Shown: positions 10,481 to 18,805 of the stretch, piece by piece
Position numbering within the stretch: position 1 is the first letter of the stretch
How the letters are laid out: every line of letters starts with the position of its first letter
Sequence record: SRR20825006_1863
Direction: 5' to 3' (one strand)
DNA length: 33,945 nucleotides
Notes under the pieces: generated by a model
The model's input: only the letters and a program-made list of their open reading frames with translations
Told to the model about the DNA's origin: nothing
The model's database searches: none
Position numbers and translations under genes: made by a program

Positions 10481-11064
10481 CCCTGAGCCTTACCCGCATT
10501 ATTGGCCTGGCGCTGATTGCCCTGGCATTGAGTGCCTGCCAACTACGCCCGACCACCACCGCCCAATTCGAACACCCCGGCCAGATCCAGCAATGGCAGA
10601 TGAGCGGCAAACTGGGCTACCGCACCGCCAACGACGGCGGCAGCGCCACCTTTGACTGGCGCCAACAGCCTCAACGGGGCGACATTCATTTTTCCGGGCC
10701 ACTGGGCTTTGGCAGCGCAGACCTCCATTGGGATAGCGGCCGCGCGGAGCTGATCACCGCCAAGGAAACCTACCAGGCCCGCAGCCCCGGCGAACTGGCC
10801 TGGCACCTCACCGGCTTCTGGCTACCCGTGTCCGCCCTGCAGTACTGGGCCCGTGGCCTACCCTGGCCCGGCGCCCCGGCTGACGCCGAGTATGATGATC
10901 AGCAGCGCCTGATCTCACTGGAACAACTGGGCTGGTCACTCACCTTTGATCGCTACGAACCCATCGCCGGCATCACCTTGCCCTACCGGATCAAGGCCCA
11001 ACAGAACAGCAACCGCTTTACCTTGCTGATCAAGGACTGGCAGCCAGGCAGCCGCGCACAGTGA
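10477..11064 (+). CDS. lolB: Outer-membrane lipoprotein insertase LolB
   Basis: Lipobox LSAC; W...GKLG, FSGPLG, LPVSALQYWARG, LEQLGW motifs; upstream of ispE. Confidence 0.93.
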   Translation: MTLSLTRIIGLALIALALSACQLRPTTTAQFEHPGQIQQWQMSGKLGYRTANDGGSATFDWRQQPQRGDIHFSGPLGFGSADLHWDSGRAELITAKETYQARSPGELAWHLTGFWLPVSALQYWARGLPWPGAPADAEYDDQQRLISLEQLGWSLTFDRYEPIAGITLPYRIKAQQNSNRFTLLIKDWQPGSRAQ

Positions 11065-11987
11065 CCCGACCAACACCCGCCCCGGCACTGACACTGCCAG
11101 CCCCGGCGAAGCTCAATCTGTTTCTGCACATCACTGGTCGCCGTGAGGATGGCTACCATCAACTGCAAACCGTGTTCGCCCTGCTCGACCATGGAGACAC
11201 CCTGTCATTCGCCTCGGCAGACACTCTGTCGCTGCAATGCCTCCCGGAAAGTAACCCGGACACCCTCCCGACGGATGACAGCAACCTGATTCTGCAAGCC
11301 GCCAGAGCGCTACAGGCGCACACCGGTAGCAACAAGGGCGCGGCGATCACATTGACCAAGCGCCTGCCAATGGGTGGCGGCGTCGGTGGCGGGTCCTCCG
11401 ATGCCGCCACCACCCTGCTCGGCCTGAATGAACTCTGGGAACTGGGCCTTACACTGCCTGAGCTGGCCGATATCGGCCTGGCGCTGGGCGCCGATGTGCC
11501 CGTCTTTGTGCTGGGTCACAGCGCCTGGGCAGAAGGGGTCGGCGAACGAATTTCCCCTGTCACACTGCCAAATGATGCTTTTTTGGTCGTTCATCCCGGA
11601 ATTCATGTATCAACTGCTCGAATTTTCGGCGACCGGCAATTGACAAGGGATACACCCATCAGTAAATTACCGGCCTCGCTTGAGGCGGTGCTGACCCGCG
11701 ACTTTCACAACGACTGTGAAGCGGTAGCAACCCGGCATTTTCCGGAAATCGGAAAAACGCTGGACTGGCTCAAGCAACATACGGGTAACGCTCGTATGAC
11801 CGGCACAGGCGCTTGCTGTTTTTCTCGCCTGACCGGATTGCAACAGGGGCAGCAATTGCTGCAACAGTTGCCACAACACTGGACAGGTTTCGTCGCTCGA
11901 AGCTGTAATACTTCTCCTCTCCACCAGATTCTGGGAGAGACACTGGCGAAGTTTCGAGAGACAAAGAATTCAGGCAAACCCGCCTAA
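11061..11987 (+). CDS. ispE: 4-diphosphocytidyl-2-C-methyl-D-erythritol kinase
   Basis: PAPAKLNLFLHITGRREDGYH.LQT, PMGGGVGGGSSDAAT, LGADVP, MTGTGAC. Confidence 0.97.
   Translation: MTRPTPAPALTLPAPAKLNLFLHITGRREDGYHQLQTVFALLDHGDTLSFASADTLSLQCLPESNPDTLPTDDSNLILQAARALQAHTGSNKGAAITLTKRLPMGGGVGGGSSDAATTLLGLNELWELGLTLPELADIGLALGADVPVFVLGHSAWAEGVGERISPVTLPNDAFLVVHPGIHVSTARIFGDRQLTRDTPISKLPASLEAVLTRDFHNDCEAVATRHFPEIGKTLDWLKQHTGNARMTGTGACCFSRLTGLQQGQQLLQQLPQHWTGFVARSCNTSPLHQILGETLAKFRETKNSGKPA
11640..11668 (+). promoter_or_regulatory. Probable sigma70 promoter inside ispE for tRNA-Gln-prs
   Basis: Perfect TTGACA (11640-11645), 17-bp spacer, TAAATT (11663-11668), in a locally AT-richer part of the gene. 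Confidence 0.65.
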
Positions 11988-12007
11988 GCGGGCCTGAGAC
12001 CGAGTGT

Positions 12008-12083
12008 TGGGGTATAGCCAAGTTGGTAAGGCAGCGGGTTTTGATCCCGTTATTCCCAGGTTCGAGTCCTGGTACCCCAGCCA
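12008..12083 (+). tRNA. tRNA-Gln (TTG)
   Basis: TGGGGTA/TACCCCA acceptor stem, anticodon TTG at 12041-12043, GGTTCGAGTCC T-arm, encoded CCA. Confidence 0.98.
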
Positions 12084-12158
12084 TTTTCTTCTGAGGAACC
12101 TCTTACCCTTCCCCTTAGCGGTTCCCAAATTCACGACGCAAGACCCCAGGGGGCGCCA

Positions 12159-13118
12159 GTGTCCAAGCTCGTCGTTTTCACCGGTAACGCAAATCCCGAA
12201 CTGGCCAAAGCCATGGTCAACAACCTGAACCTGCCGATCGGCAACGCCGATGTGGGCACGTTCAGCGATGGCGAAGTTGCCGTGGAGATCCAGGAAAACG
12301 TGCGCGGCAAAGACGTCTTTATCGTGCAATCCACCTGCAGCCCGACCAACAACAACCTGATGGAATTGCTGGTCATGGCCGACGCCCTGCGTCGCTCCTC
12401 CGCAGGCCGTATCACCGCCGTCATGCCCTACTTTGGTTATGCCCGCCAGGATCGCCGCGTGCGCTCCGCCCGCGTGCCGATTACCGCCAAAGTAGTCGCT
12501 GACATGATCACCGCCGTAGGCATTGATCGCGTGGTCACCGTGGACCTGCACGCCGACCAGATTCAGGGCTTCTTCGATATTCCAGTGGATAACGTCTACG
12601 CCACCCCGCTGATCGTGGCCGACATCGAACGCCAGAACCATGACGACCTGATGGTGGTTTCCCCGGACGTGGGCGGCGTAGTGCGCGCCCGCGCCCTGGC
12701 CAAACAGCTCAACGACGCCGACCTGGCCATCATCGACAAGCGCCGCCCCAAGGCCAATGTGTCCCAGGTAATGCACATTATCGGTGAAGTAGAAGGCCGC
12801 ACCTGCGTGCTGGTGGATGACATGGTCGACACTGCCGGCACCCTGTGCAAAGCCGCCCAGGCCCTGAAGGATCACGGTGCCGCCAAGGTGATTGCCTACA
12901 TCACCCACCCGATCCTGTCCGGCCCGGCCATCGACAATATCGCCAGCAGCGCTCTGGACGAACTGGTAGTCACCGACACCATTCCCCTGTCCGACGCCGG
13001 CCGCGCCTGCGCCAACATCCGCGTCCTCAGCCTGGCACCCATGCTGGCCGAAACGGTACGCCGGGTGAACAACGAAGAGTCCCTGAGCGCCATGTTCGAC
13101 CGGTTGGAGCTGGTTTAA
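12159..13118 (+). CDS. prs: Ribose-phosphate pyrophosphokinase
   Basis: [47 protein letters not shown] start. Confidence 0.99.
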   Translation: MSKLVVFTGNANPELAKAMVNNLNLPIGNADVGTFSDGEVAVEIQENVRGKDVFIVQSTCSPTNNNLMELLVMADALRRSSAGRITAVMPYFGYARQDRRVRSARVPITAKVVADMITAVGIDRVVTVDLHADQIQGFFDIPVDNVYATPLIVADIERQNHDDLMVVSPDVGGVVRARALAKQLNDADLAIIDKRRPKANVSQVMHIIGEVEGRTCVLVDDMVDTAGTLCKAAQALKDHGAAKVIAYITHPILSGPAIDNIASSALDELVVTDTIPLSDAGRACANIRVLSLAPMLAETVRRVNNEESLSAMFDRLELV

Positions 13119-13125
13119 GAGAGCT

Positions 13126-13276
13126 GCAGCAGGCAACACGCTTCACGCAACAACACGGAGCAGGTTAATTTTGATCTGCTTCTCAAGAGGCCGCGCACCA
13201 GACTTGGGCGCGGCCTCTTGCGTTTAAAACCTGCCCCCACTTGTCGCGTTGTTGCGTGGCGCGTGTTGCGTGATGC
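13126..13276. repeat. 151-bp bipartite heptamer-array element
   Basis: Left GCAGCAG GCAACAC GCTTCAC GCAACAA CACG; right CGCG TTGTTGC GTGGCGC GTGTTGC GTGATGC (imperfect inverted repeat); 87-bp spacer. Confidence 0.9.
13184..13225 (+). terminator. Strong hairpin, possible terminator after prs, at the centre of the repeat element
   Basis: 13-bp perfect stem CAAGAGGCCGCGC/GCGCGGCCTCTTG followed by CGTTT. Confidence 0.55.
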
Positions 13277-13294
13277 CTCCCGAAGGGCCATAAT
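13266..13294 (+). promoter_or_regulatory. Probable rplY promoter
   Basis: TTGCGT-17 bp-CATAAT followed by GC-rich discriminator CGCGCCC, typical of ribosomal-protein promoters. Confidence 0.6.
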
Positions 13295-13299
13295 CGCGC

Positions 13300-13381
13300 C
13301 CCCGCGGAATCCTCCGTGGCTTTATCAACCTCTCTGGCCGACCTGGTCGCGGGAAGCCCGAGAGCATACTGGAGACAGACC
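13300..13381 (+). promoter_or_regulatory. Possible structured rplY (bL25) leader
   Basis: Hairpins CGCGGA..TCCGTG and CTCT..CTGGTCGCGGG..AGAG before the GGAG RBS; L25 autoregulatory leaders are known in Gammaproteobacteria. Family match not verified. Confidence 0.4.
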
Positions 13382-14029
13382 ATGTCCAATGAATTCCTGC
13401 TGAATGCAGAAAGCCGCAGCGATACAGGGAAAGGTGCGAGCCGCCGCCTGCGTCGTCTGCAAGAACGTGTTCCCGGCATCCTCTACGGTGGCGAAGCCGA
13501 GCCGCAGATGATCAGCGTTGAACTGCGCGAGCTGAAAAAAGCCCTGGAAAACGAAGCGTTCTACAGCCACATCCTGACACTGAAGCTGGACGGTGCCAGT
13601 GTGCAGGCCGTACTGCGTGACATGCAGCGTCATCCGGCCAAGGGCCACCCGCTGCACGTGGATCTGCTGCGCGTCGACAAGACCCACAAAATCACCATGA
13701 ACGTTCCCCTGCACTTCATCAACGAAGAAAGCTCTATCGGCGTGAAGAAGCAAGGCGGCGAGATTCAGCACAACTACGCGGAAGTGGAAGTGAGCTGTCT
13801 GCCCCAGGACCTGCCAGAGTTCATCGAAGTGGACATGGCTAACGCTGAGCTGGAGACCGTTATTCACCTGTCCGATCTGAAACTGCCGAAAGGCGTGGAA
13901 CTGACCCAGCTTGCCCTGGGCGACGACCACGACCAGCCGGTAGCTGCGGTTCACCAGCCGAAAGTTCGTGCGTCCGCTGATGACGATGCTGACGAAGCGG
14001 CAGGCGAAGAAGCCTCAGGCGAGGAATAA
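13382..14029 (+). CDS. rplY: 50S ribosomal protein L25 / Ctc (long form)
   Basis: [46 protein letters not shown] 13382 after GGAG. Confidence 0.98.
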   Translation: MSNEFLLNAESRSDTGKGASRRLRRLQERVPGILYGGEAEPQMISVELRELKKALENEAFYSHILTLKLDGASVQAVLRDMQRHPAKGHPLHVDLLRVDKTHKITMNVPLHFINEESSIGVKKQGGEIQHNYAEVEVSCLPQDLPEFIEVDMANAELETVIHLSDLKLPKGVELTQLALGDDHDQPVAAVHQPKVRASADDDADEAAGEEASGEE

Positions 14030-14037
14030 GACGCACC

Positions 14038-14625
14038 GTGGCGGAACCTGTTCGACTGATCGTGGGCCTGGGCAATCCGGGCCACGAATACGAAGACACC
14101 CGCCACAATGCCGGCGTCTGGTATGTAGACGCCCTGGCCCGACGCCAGGGCGTCTTCCTTACCGAAGACAAGAAATATTTCGGCCTTACCGCCACCTTCT
14201 CCTTTGAAGGCGAAACAATCCGCCTGCTGGTTCCGACCACCTTCATGAACCGCAGTGGTCAGGCCACCGCCGCACTGGCAAACTTCTTCAAGATTCCCGT
14301 TACGCAGATACTGGTTGCTCACGACGAGCTCGACCTGCCACCCGGCTGTGCCCGCTTCAAGCAAGGCGGCGGCCACGGAGGCCACAATGGTCTGCGCGAC
14401 ATCATCAGCCGACATGGCAACAGCCGCGACTTTTACCGGCTACGGCTTGGCATCGGCCACCCCGGCTCTGCCGACCGGGTTACCCCCCACGTGCTGAACA
14501 AACCCTCCAAAGCCGATCGAGACCTGATCGATCGCGCCATCGACGAAGCTGTCCACCACACCCCGGATATGCTCCGCGGCGATCTGAACGGCGCCATGAA
14601 CCATCTCAACGGCTTCAAGGCGTAG
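14038..14625 (+). CDS. pth: Peptidyl-tRNA hydrolase
   Basis: [45 protein letters not shown]. Confidence 0.99.
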   Translation: MAEPVRLIVGLGNPGHEYEDTRHNAGVWYVDALARRQGVFLTEDKKYFGLTATFSFEGETIRLLVPTTFMNRSGQATAALANFFKIPVTQILVAHDELDLPPGCARFKQGGGHGGHNGLRDIISRHGNSRDFYRLRLGIGHPGSADRVTPHVLNKPSKADRDLIDRAIDEAVHHTPDMLRGDLNGAMNHLNGFKA

Positions 14626-14633
14626 AGAGAGAC

Positions 14634-14778
14634 CCCTCACGCAACACGCTTCACGCAACAACACGAAGCTTAGCCTCTCTTCATGGCCATGCTTCGGCCC
14701 CGCGCTGCAACCTGGCCGCGGCCTGCCACCTTCCAGCCCACACCACCCCATCCCGCGTTGTAGCTTGTCGCTTGCCGC
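14634..14778. repeat. Bipartite heptamer-array element with mixed arm types
   Basis: Left CCCTCAC GCAACAC GCTTCAC GCAACAA CACG; right CGCG TTGTAGC TTGTCGC TTGCCGC; 88-bp spacer. Confidence 0.85.
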
Positions 14779-14816
14779 TCATGTAGCATTGCGGCCTCGA
14801 AAAATGGAGGTCTGTC

Positions 14817-15908
14817 ATGGGTTTCAAATGCGGTATCGTCGGTCTGCCCAACGTGGGCAAATCCACCCTGTTCAACGCGCTGACCAAAGCGGGTATTGAT
14901 GCCGAGAACTTCCCGTTCTGCACCATTGAGCCCAACACCGGCGTGGTACCGGTGCCAGACCCCCGTCTGGACAAACTCTCCGCCATCGTCAGCCCGGAGC
15001 GGGTCATGCCCGCCACCATGGAATTCGTGGACATTGCCGGCCTGGTCGCTGGCGCCTCCAAAGGCGAAGGCCTGGGCAATAAATTCCTGGCCAACATCCG
15101 TGAAACCGACGCCATCGCTCACGTGGTGCGCTGTTTCGACGATGAAAACGTGATCCACGTATCTGGCAAGGTCTCCCCCCTGGACGATATCGCCGTGATC
15201 AACACCGAGCTGGCCCTGGCCGACCTGGACACGGTGGAAAAAGCCCACCTGCGCGCCACCAAGGCCGCCAAGGGCCAGGACAAGGATGCCAAAGGCTTGC
15301 TGCCGGTACTGGACAAGGTGCTGCCCGCCCTGAACGAAGGCAACCCAGCCCGTTCCGTAGACCTGAATGACGATGAACGCAAAGCCATCAAGAGCCTGAA
15401 CCTGCTGACCTTGAAGCCCACCATGTACATTGCCAACGTGGACGAAGGCGGCTTTGAGGACAACGCCCTGCTGGACGCCGTGCGCGAGCTGGCCGAAACG
15501 GAAAACTCTTCTGTGGTCCCCATCTGCGCCAAGATCGAATCCGAAATTGCCGAACTGGACGACGAAGAAAAAGCCGACTTCCTCGCCGACCTGGGCATGG
15601 AAGAGCCCGGCCTGAACCGGGTCATCCGTGCCGGCTTTAACCTTCTCGGCCTGCAAACCTATTTCACCGCTGGTGTGAAAGAAGTCCGCGCCTGGACGGT
15701 CAAGGTCGGCGCCACCGCGCCCCAGGCTGCAGGCGTGATTCATACGGATTTCGAGAAAGGCTTCATCCGTGCCGAAGTCACCGGCTACGATGATTACATC
15801 GACAACAACGGCGAGCAGGGTGCCAAGGAAGCCGGCAAGTGGCGCCTGGAAGGCAAGGAATACATCGTCAAGGATGGTGACGTGGTGCACTTCCGTTTCA
15901 ACGTATAA
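14817..15908 (+). CDS. ychF: Redox-regulated ATPase YchF
   Basis: [65 protein letters not shown]. Confidence 0.99.
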   Translation: MGFKCGIVGLPNVGKSTLFNALTKAGIDAENFPFCTIEPNTGVVPVPDPRLDKLSAIVSPERVMPATMEFVDIAGLVAGASKGEGLGNKFLANIRETDAIAHVVRCFDDENVIHVSGKVSPLDDIAVINTELALADLDTVEKAHLRATKAAKGQDKDAKGLLPVLDKVLPALNEGNPARSVDLNDDERKAIKSLNLLTLKPTMYIANVDEGGFEDNALLDAVRELAETENSSVVPICAKIESEIAELDDEEKADFLADLGMEEPGLNRVIRAGFNLLGLQTYFTAGVKEVRAWTVKVGATAPQAAGVIHTDFEKGFIRAEVTGYDDYIDNNGEQGAKEAGKWRLEGKEYIVKDGDVVHFRFNV

Positions 15909-15912
15909 GAAC

Positions 15913-15943
15913 GCTGCGCGCACCACGCTTCATGCAACACGCG
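15913..15943 (+). repeat. Heptamer-array arm (GCTGCGC GCACCAC GCTTCAT GCAACAC GCG)
   Basis: Four GCnnCnH units starting 4 nt after the ychF stop. Confidence 0.85.
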
Positions 15944-15946
15944 AAC

Positions 15947-15978
15947 AAAAAAGGCCGCCCTTCCAGGGCGGCCTTTTT
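15947..15978. terminator. Bidirectional intrinsic terminator between ychF and cysE
   Basis: AAAAAAGGCCGCCCT-tcc-AGGGCGGCCTTTTT between convergent genes. Confidence 0.92.
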
Positions 15979-15980
15979 AT

Positions 15981-16015
15981 TTAGCTATTAATTATTAACT
16001 GTTAACTATTCATTG
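15981..16015 (-). repeat. AT-rich heptamer array
   Basis: TTAGCTA TTAATTA TTAACTG TTAACTA TTCATTG on +, starting 5 nt after the cysE stop on -. Confidence 0.75.
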
Positions 16016-16020
16016 CCCTT

Positions 16021-16788
16021 TTAGTCCGTACCGCCCGCATTCACCGGCTCAAAATCTTCATCTTTCAATTCCGGCAACTTCTCATCACAACCCTGAATAC
16101 CCTGCTTTTTCAGGTTGGTGCAGACCCTATCCAGCTTGTTGTCCACTGCGTGCATATGATCCAGCAAAAGGTGAATCGCTTCGGCCACCGGGTCGGGCAT
16201 GTCGTTGCTGACACCATAGGCCTGGAAGCCGATTTTCTCGGCCATTTCTTGGCGAGTCTTTTCTTTCTCGGTCAACGGATGGCTAATCACCCGGCCCGGG
16301 ATTCCCACCACCGTCGCCCCTTCCGGCACTTCCTTGGTCACCACGGAATTGGAGCCGATCTTGGCATTCTTGTGCACCGTAAACGGCCCCAGCACTTTCG
16401 CGCCTGCGCCGACCACCACACCATCTTCCAGAGTCGGGTGGCGTTTGCCCTTGCTCCAGCTGGTACCACCCAGAGTAACCGAGTGATACAACGTCACGTC
16501 ATCACCGATTTCTGCGGTTTCACCAATCACCACACCCATGCCGTGATCGATAAAGAAACGACGGCCAATTTTGGCACCGGGGTGAATTTCAATACCAGTA
16601 AGCCAGCGCGAAAACGTGGATAGCAGCCGCGCAAGTTGCTTGAAATTACGCGTCCATAACCCATGCGCCAACCGATGAAAAAGCACCGCGTGCAAACCGG
16701 GATAGTTGAGCAACACTTCCAGCGTATTGCGGGCCGCCGGGTCCCGGTGAAAGACCGACCGGATGTCCTCGCGCACTTGATCAAACAT
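16021..16788 (-). CDS. cysE: Serine O-acetyltransferase
   Basis: [46 protein letters not shown] hexapeptide repeats. Confidence 0.97.
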   Translation of the reverse strand: MFDQVREDIRSVFHRDPAARNTLEVLLNYPGLHAVLFHRLAHGLWTRNFKQLARLLSTFSRWLTGIEIHPGAKIGRRFFIDHGMGVVIGETAEIGDDVTLYHSVTLGGTSWSKGKRHPTLEDGVVVGAGAKVLGPFTVHKNAKIGSNSVVTKEVPEGATVVGIPGRVISHPLTEKEKTRQEMAEKIGFQAYGVSNDMPDPVAEAIHLLLDHMHAVDNKLDRVCTNLKKQGIQGCDEKLPELKDEDFEPVNAGGTD

Positions 16789-16859
16789 AACTACCTCAAC
16801 TTCGAAGCCTTGGGCCTGGGCCCGTTAGGATGACGCCAACAACCGTTTGTTACGGCGCA

Positions 16860-17642
16860 TCAGCCATCATCTCGCGGCATTTTTTTCTCCAACGCCACCA
16901 ATACGCCCCGCAAAATGCTCATTTCCATTTTGTCCGGTCGGGCGCGCATAAACAAACGGCGCATGCGTGTCATCACCTGCCCGGGCTGTTCCGGATTGAG
17001 GAATCCACTCTGTGCCATCACCTTTTCCAGATGGTCCAGAAAACCCGATACCGCTTCGTTGGTGGCCGGCGGCTCATCCCAGAACATTTCCGGCAACGGC
17101 ATGACCTCGCGACGGGAACGGGATTCCTGCAGCTCAAAGTCGTCCCCCAGCAACGCCAGGCGCAGCTCGTAGCTGATTAATTGGACCGCCGACGCCACAT
17201 TCAAGACCCCATACTCGGGGTTGGTGGGCACGCTCACATGAAGATTGCAGCGGCGTAGCTCGTCGTTGGTCAGGCCCCGATCTTCACGACCGAACAACAC
17301 CGCGATGCGAGTATCCTGCGGTGCATTGGCTAAATCGTGAGACAGCTGTGCAGCCAGCTGGCGTGGTGTCAGGCAAGGCCACGGGATACGCCGCTGACGG
17401 GCGCTGGTGCCAATCACCAGGGTGGCGCCTTCCAGGGCCTCGTCCACGCTATTGCATACCTGTGCAGCCTCCAGCACATCGCCGGCACCAGAGGCGCGCG
17501 CCGTCGCCTCCACACTGGGGTAGGCCTGCGGCTGCACCAGACGCAGATCCGATAGGCCCATGGTTTTCATGGCCCGGGCAGCCGCGCCGATATTGCCGGG
17601 GTGGGAGGTTTCCACCATCACAATGCGCACATTTTCCAACAT
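16860..17642 (-). CDS. trmJ: tRNA (cytidine/uridine-2'-O)-methyltransferase, SPOUT family
   Basis: ETSHPGNIGAAARAMKTMG, GTSAR, FGREDRGLTNDEL, LNVASAVQ; divergent from suhB. Confidence 0.95.
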   Translation of the reverse strand: MLENVRIVMVETSHPGNIGAAARAMKTMGLSDLRLVQPQAYPSVEATARASGAGDVLEAAQVCNSVDEALEGATLVIGTSARQRRIPWPCLTPRQLAAQLSHDLANAPQDTRIAVLFGREDRGLTNDELRRCNLHVSVPTNPEYGVLNVASAVQLISYELRLALLGDDFELQESRSRREVMPLPEMFWDEPPATNEAVSGFLDHLEKVMAQSGFLNPEQPGQVMTRMRRLFMRARPDKMEMSILRGVLVALEKKMPRDDG

Positions 17643-17706
17643 GGGAGGCCTCTCATTAAAAAAGGCGCTAATCTTAACACGGCGGCTGCCCTGATCGCGC
17701 GGGCTC

Positions 17707-17715
17707 TGCTACAAT
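17707..17715 (+). promoter_or_regulatory. Extended -10 element of the probable suhB promoter
   Basis: TGcTACAAT followed by GC-rich CCGCGCCCC. Confidence 0.6.
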
Positions 17716-17755
17716 CCGCGCCCCGGAACGGGAACCCCGCGTTTCCCCGCCCCGC

Positions 17756-17766
17756 GCTCTTTAACA
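17756..17766 (+). promoter_or_regulatory. boxA (NusB/NusE site) in the suhB leader
   Basis: Exact GCTCTTTAACA 35 nt upstream of the suhB ATG; a boxA in suhB leaders is an established Nus-factor autoregulatory element. Confidence 0.85.
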
Positions 17767-17801
17767 CCGTTACGCCACACGTCATATTGAGGATAGATGC
17801 C

Positions 17802-18620
17802 ATGCATGCGCCGCAAGTGAATATCGCCCTGCGAGCCGCCCGTCAGGCGGGAAATCTGATTCGCAGAGCTGCTGAAAGCAGTGATCCCGTGTCTGTCACG
17901 AAAAAGGGCATGAACGACTTCGTCACCGAAGTGGATCGCGCTGCGGAAGCGCGCATCATCGATGTGATTCGCAAGGCCTACCCGGACCACAGCATTCTAG
18001 CTGAGGAATCCGGTGTTATCGAAGGCAGTGGCGACGGTAAAGACTGCCAGTGGATTATCGACCCATTGGACGGCACTACCAACTTCATCCATGGTTTCCC
18101 CCAGTACTGCATCTCCATTGCCCTCAAATTCAAAGGCAAAATCGAGCATGCAGTCATTTACGATCCCAACCGCGACGAAGAATTCACCGCCAGCCGTGGC
18201 CGTGGCGCCGCCCTCAATGGCCGCCGTATTCGCTGCACCAACCGAGCAGGTCTGGATGGCTGTCTGATTGGCACCGGCTTCCCTTTCCGCAAGGACCAGG
18301 CCCCACACATGGACGCCTATCTGGGTATGTTCGCCGATATCGCCGCGTCCACCGCCGGCCTGCGCCGTCCCGGCTCTGCTGCCCTGGACCTGGCCTGGCT
18401 GGCCGCCGGACGGCTGGACGGCTTCTTTGAATTCGGCCTGGCAGAATGGGACATGGCCGCAGGCGTACTGCTAATTACCGAAGCTGGCGGCCTGGTTGGC
18501 GACCTGAGCGGTGGCCACAAGTACCTGGAAAGCGGCGGTATCGTAGCCGGCAGCCCGAAAGTCTTTAAGGGCTTGCTGCAAAAAATCAAACCTCACCTGA
18601 ATGATAAACTGAAACGCTAA
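17802..18620 (+). CDS. suhB: Inositol monophosphatase family / Nus factor SuhB
   Basis: DFVTEVD..AE, WIIDPLDGTTNF.HG, RRPGSAALDLA, WD.AAG; ATG 17802 after GAGG. Confidence 0.96.
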   Translation: MHAPQVNIALRAARQAGNLIRRAAESSDPVSVTKKGMNDFVTEVDRAAEARIIDVIRKAYPDHSILAEESGVIEGSGDGKDCQWIIDPLDGTTNFIHGFPQYCISIALKFKGKIEHAVIYDPNRDEEFTASRGRGAALNGRRIRCTNRAGLDGCLIGTGFPFRKDQAPHMDAYLGMFADIAASTAGLRRPGSAALDLAWLAAGRLDGFFEFGLAEWDMAAGVLLITEAGGLVGDLSGGHKYLESGGIVAGSPKVFKGLLQKIKPHLNDKLKR

Positions 18621-18644
18621 ACACCCGCCCCGCCTTGCTTTGCG

Positions 18645-18674
18645 CCCTTTCCTCCTCAGCGGGGAAAGGGTTTT
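18645..18674 (+). terminator. Intrinsic terminator after suhB
   Basis: CCCTTTCCTC-ctcagc-GGGGAAAGGG followed by TTTT. Confidence 0.8.
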
Positions 18675-18805
18675 CCTTACCTTATTTCCCGCCCTGTTTT
18701 GTAAAAACTCCTTAGACTTCAATACGAAAGTGCTGCCTGTGGCATGGACATCTCGGCACGCTTTGCTAGCGTGTCAGGTATAACGGTTCAGCAAGGAGAC
18801 GCTTC

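Noticed and set aside
11970-13139. 389-aa - strand ORF antisense to prs and tRNA-Gln
   Set aside because: Antisense shadow that crosses a tRNA gene and starts inside a repeat arm.
14758-14790. Repeat-derived -35 for ychF paired with TAGCAT
   Set aside because: The TTG hexamers lie 6, 13 or 20 bp from the candidate -10, outside the 16-18 bp range.
14670-15926. 418-aa - strand ORF antisense to ychF
   Set aside because: Antisense shadow of a highly biased gene; starts within a repeat arm.
18740-18770. Possible sigma54 promoter (GGCACG...TTGC)
   Set aside because: Only 8 nt separate GG and GC, not the required 10.
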